A DNA stretch of 63,421 nucleotides, filler included, from Octopus bimaculoides (lineage: Eukaryota), in NCBI RefSeq assembly GCF_001194135.2. It is 6 parts of 6 records of this genome, joined end to end, with 100 filler letters (N's around TTAATTAATTAA, not from the genome) between each part and the next. Parts side by side here need not be neighbours in the genome. Positions count along the whole stretch, not along the records: positions 55,170 to 63,421 come from NC_068985.1; 5 more parts are not named here. The stretch is one strand, 5' to 3'. Below are positions 61,815-63,421 of the stretch, one piece after another. The notes under the pieces were generated by a model. That model was given only the letters and a program-made list of their open reading frames with translations. It made no database searches and was not told the origin of the DNA. The stretch's first letter is position 1; every line of letters begins with the position of its first letter. Position numbers and translations under genes: made by a program.

Positions 61815-62333
61815 CGAGAGAGCGAGAGGGGGGAAACAGGATGGAGGAAGCAGGTAAAGGAGGGAGTCGATACCTTTGAAACAGCACGTCTTCTTCATGA
61901 AGAATCTAAGCGTGCTGCTCGAAAATGCACTAGCTTGGTCCGCAACGTTTGCAGTCACGTATGTTTGTCAAGAGCAGGGCTCGTTAGTCACCAACGGGGT
62001 CGAAAGTGTAAAGTATAAGGTAGTCTTGAGCGCACAATGTCCTAAAGGTCAATAATAGTTTTCCATCATACATGTTTGTGTTTATGCTTCGATGAATAGA
62101 TCTTGGCTGAGTGATTTTATTTGGTAAGATAGCATATTTTTTCTCAACAAATGTAGCTTGCTGGCGTAATTGAAAAAAATTGAGAATGTTGGGTATTTCT
62201 TATCCCAATATTCTTTAAGTCACTACTTTCCTAACCTTTCTGTAGAACTGGTATAGGTTTTCGTTTAGTTCAAAAGTGTACTGGAGTGTTTCTCGATAAG
62301 TCCACGATCTTCTTTTTCTTTCTGCCTATCTGA

Positions 62334-62436
<103 letters not shown>

Positions 62437-63096
62437 CTTTCCCTCTCTCTCTNNNNNNNNNNNNNNNNNNNNNNNNNNNNNNNNNNNNNNNNNNNNNNNN
62501 NNNNNNNNNNNNNNNNNNNNNNNNNNNNNNNNNNNNNNNNNNNNNNNNNNNNNNNNNNNNNNNNNNNNNNNNNNNNNNNNNNNNNNNNNNNNNNNNNNNN
62601 NNNNNNNNNNNNNNNNNNNNNNNNNNNNNNNNNNNNNNNNNNNNNNNNNNNNNNNNNNNNNNNNNNNNNNNNNNNNNNNNNNNNNNNNNNNNNNNNNNNN
62701 NNNNNNNNNNNNNNNNNNNNNNNNNNNNNNNNNNNNNNNNNNNNNNNNNNNNNNNNNNNNNNNNNNNNNNNNNNNNNNNNNNNNNNNNNNNNNNNNNNNN
62801 NNNNNNNNNNNNNNNNNTATATATATATATATGTATGTATGTATGTATATACACACATAATAGTGAGAGGAAAATGTGACGTTGGGACAGAGAGAAAGAG
62901 AGAGAGAGAGAGAGAAAGTGAAAGAAAAAGAAAGTGAGAAATAAAATATGGTCGAGAAACTGAATTGTGATTTTTGTGGCAAATCTAAGATTTCTAATAA
63001 GATATCAAGATATTAAGAGAGAGGGAGAGAGAGGGGGAGGGAGGGAGAGAGAGAGTGGGGAGGAAGGGAGATTGAGAGATAAAGAGAGTGAGGTAG

Positions 63097-63135
<39 letters not shown>

Positions 63136-63382
63136 AGAGAAAGAGATGGTCGGAGATAGAGTGTGAGAGCGGGAGAGAAATGCGCTTAAACAAAAGGAAT
63201 GAAAAGAACGGAAATGAAGAAAGAAAGAGTAAAAGAAGGAAGAACGAAAGGAAGGAAGATGTGGGGAAAGTGAGATATTGAGATGTATCTACCCAGGTAA
63301 TCCAGATAGATTGATGAAAACATATGAATGATACAGAATGAGAAAAGGAAGAGAGAGGGGGTAGAGAGAGAGAAAGAAAGAA

Positions 63383-63421
<39 letters not shown>

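Overview
Eukaryotic, AT-rich draft-genome DNA, dense in microsatellites, with many N gaps. The repeat families look like Octopus (coleoid cephalopod); this comes from recalled repeat similarity, not a search. The window is not one contiguous locus. Five identical 100-nt spacers (44 N + TTAATTAATTAA + 44 N) join six probably unrelated pieces: 1-7517, 7618-13888, 13989-25244, 25345-33448, 33549-55069 and 55170-63421. Most sequence is transposon debris: several tRNA-headed SINE families (two copies with exact 11-bp TSDs), R4/Dong-like and Hero-like REL non-LTR fragments, mariner, Buster-like hAT and Chapaev3-like transposase relics, a HINE/DINE-like element and a foldback MITE. The only host gene I recognise with confidence is a truncated RPL15 copy. 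Several splice-bounded open frames and two promoter-like motif clusters are tentative. The most interesting signal is a set of minimal type-I hammerhead ribozyme folds in non-autonomous elements with inverted ends like those of Penelope-like elements. One family has a tRNA (Pol III) head plus a hammerhead and occurs at 22.2-22.6 kb and 54.2-54.6 kb. A second element at 9.6-9.9 kb carries two variant-core hammerheads (G3:C8 swap and U4C) on opposite strands.
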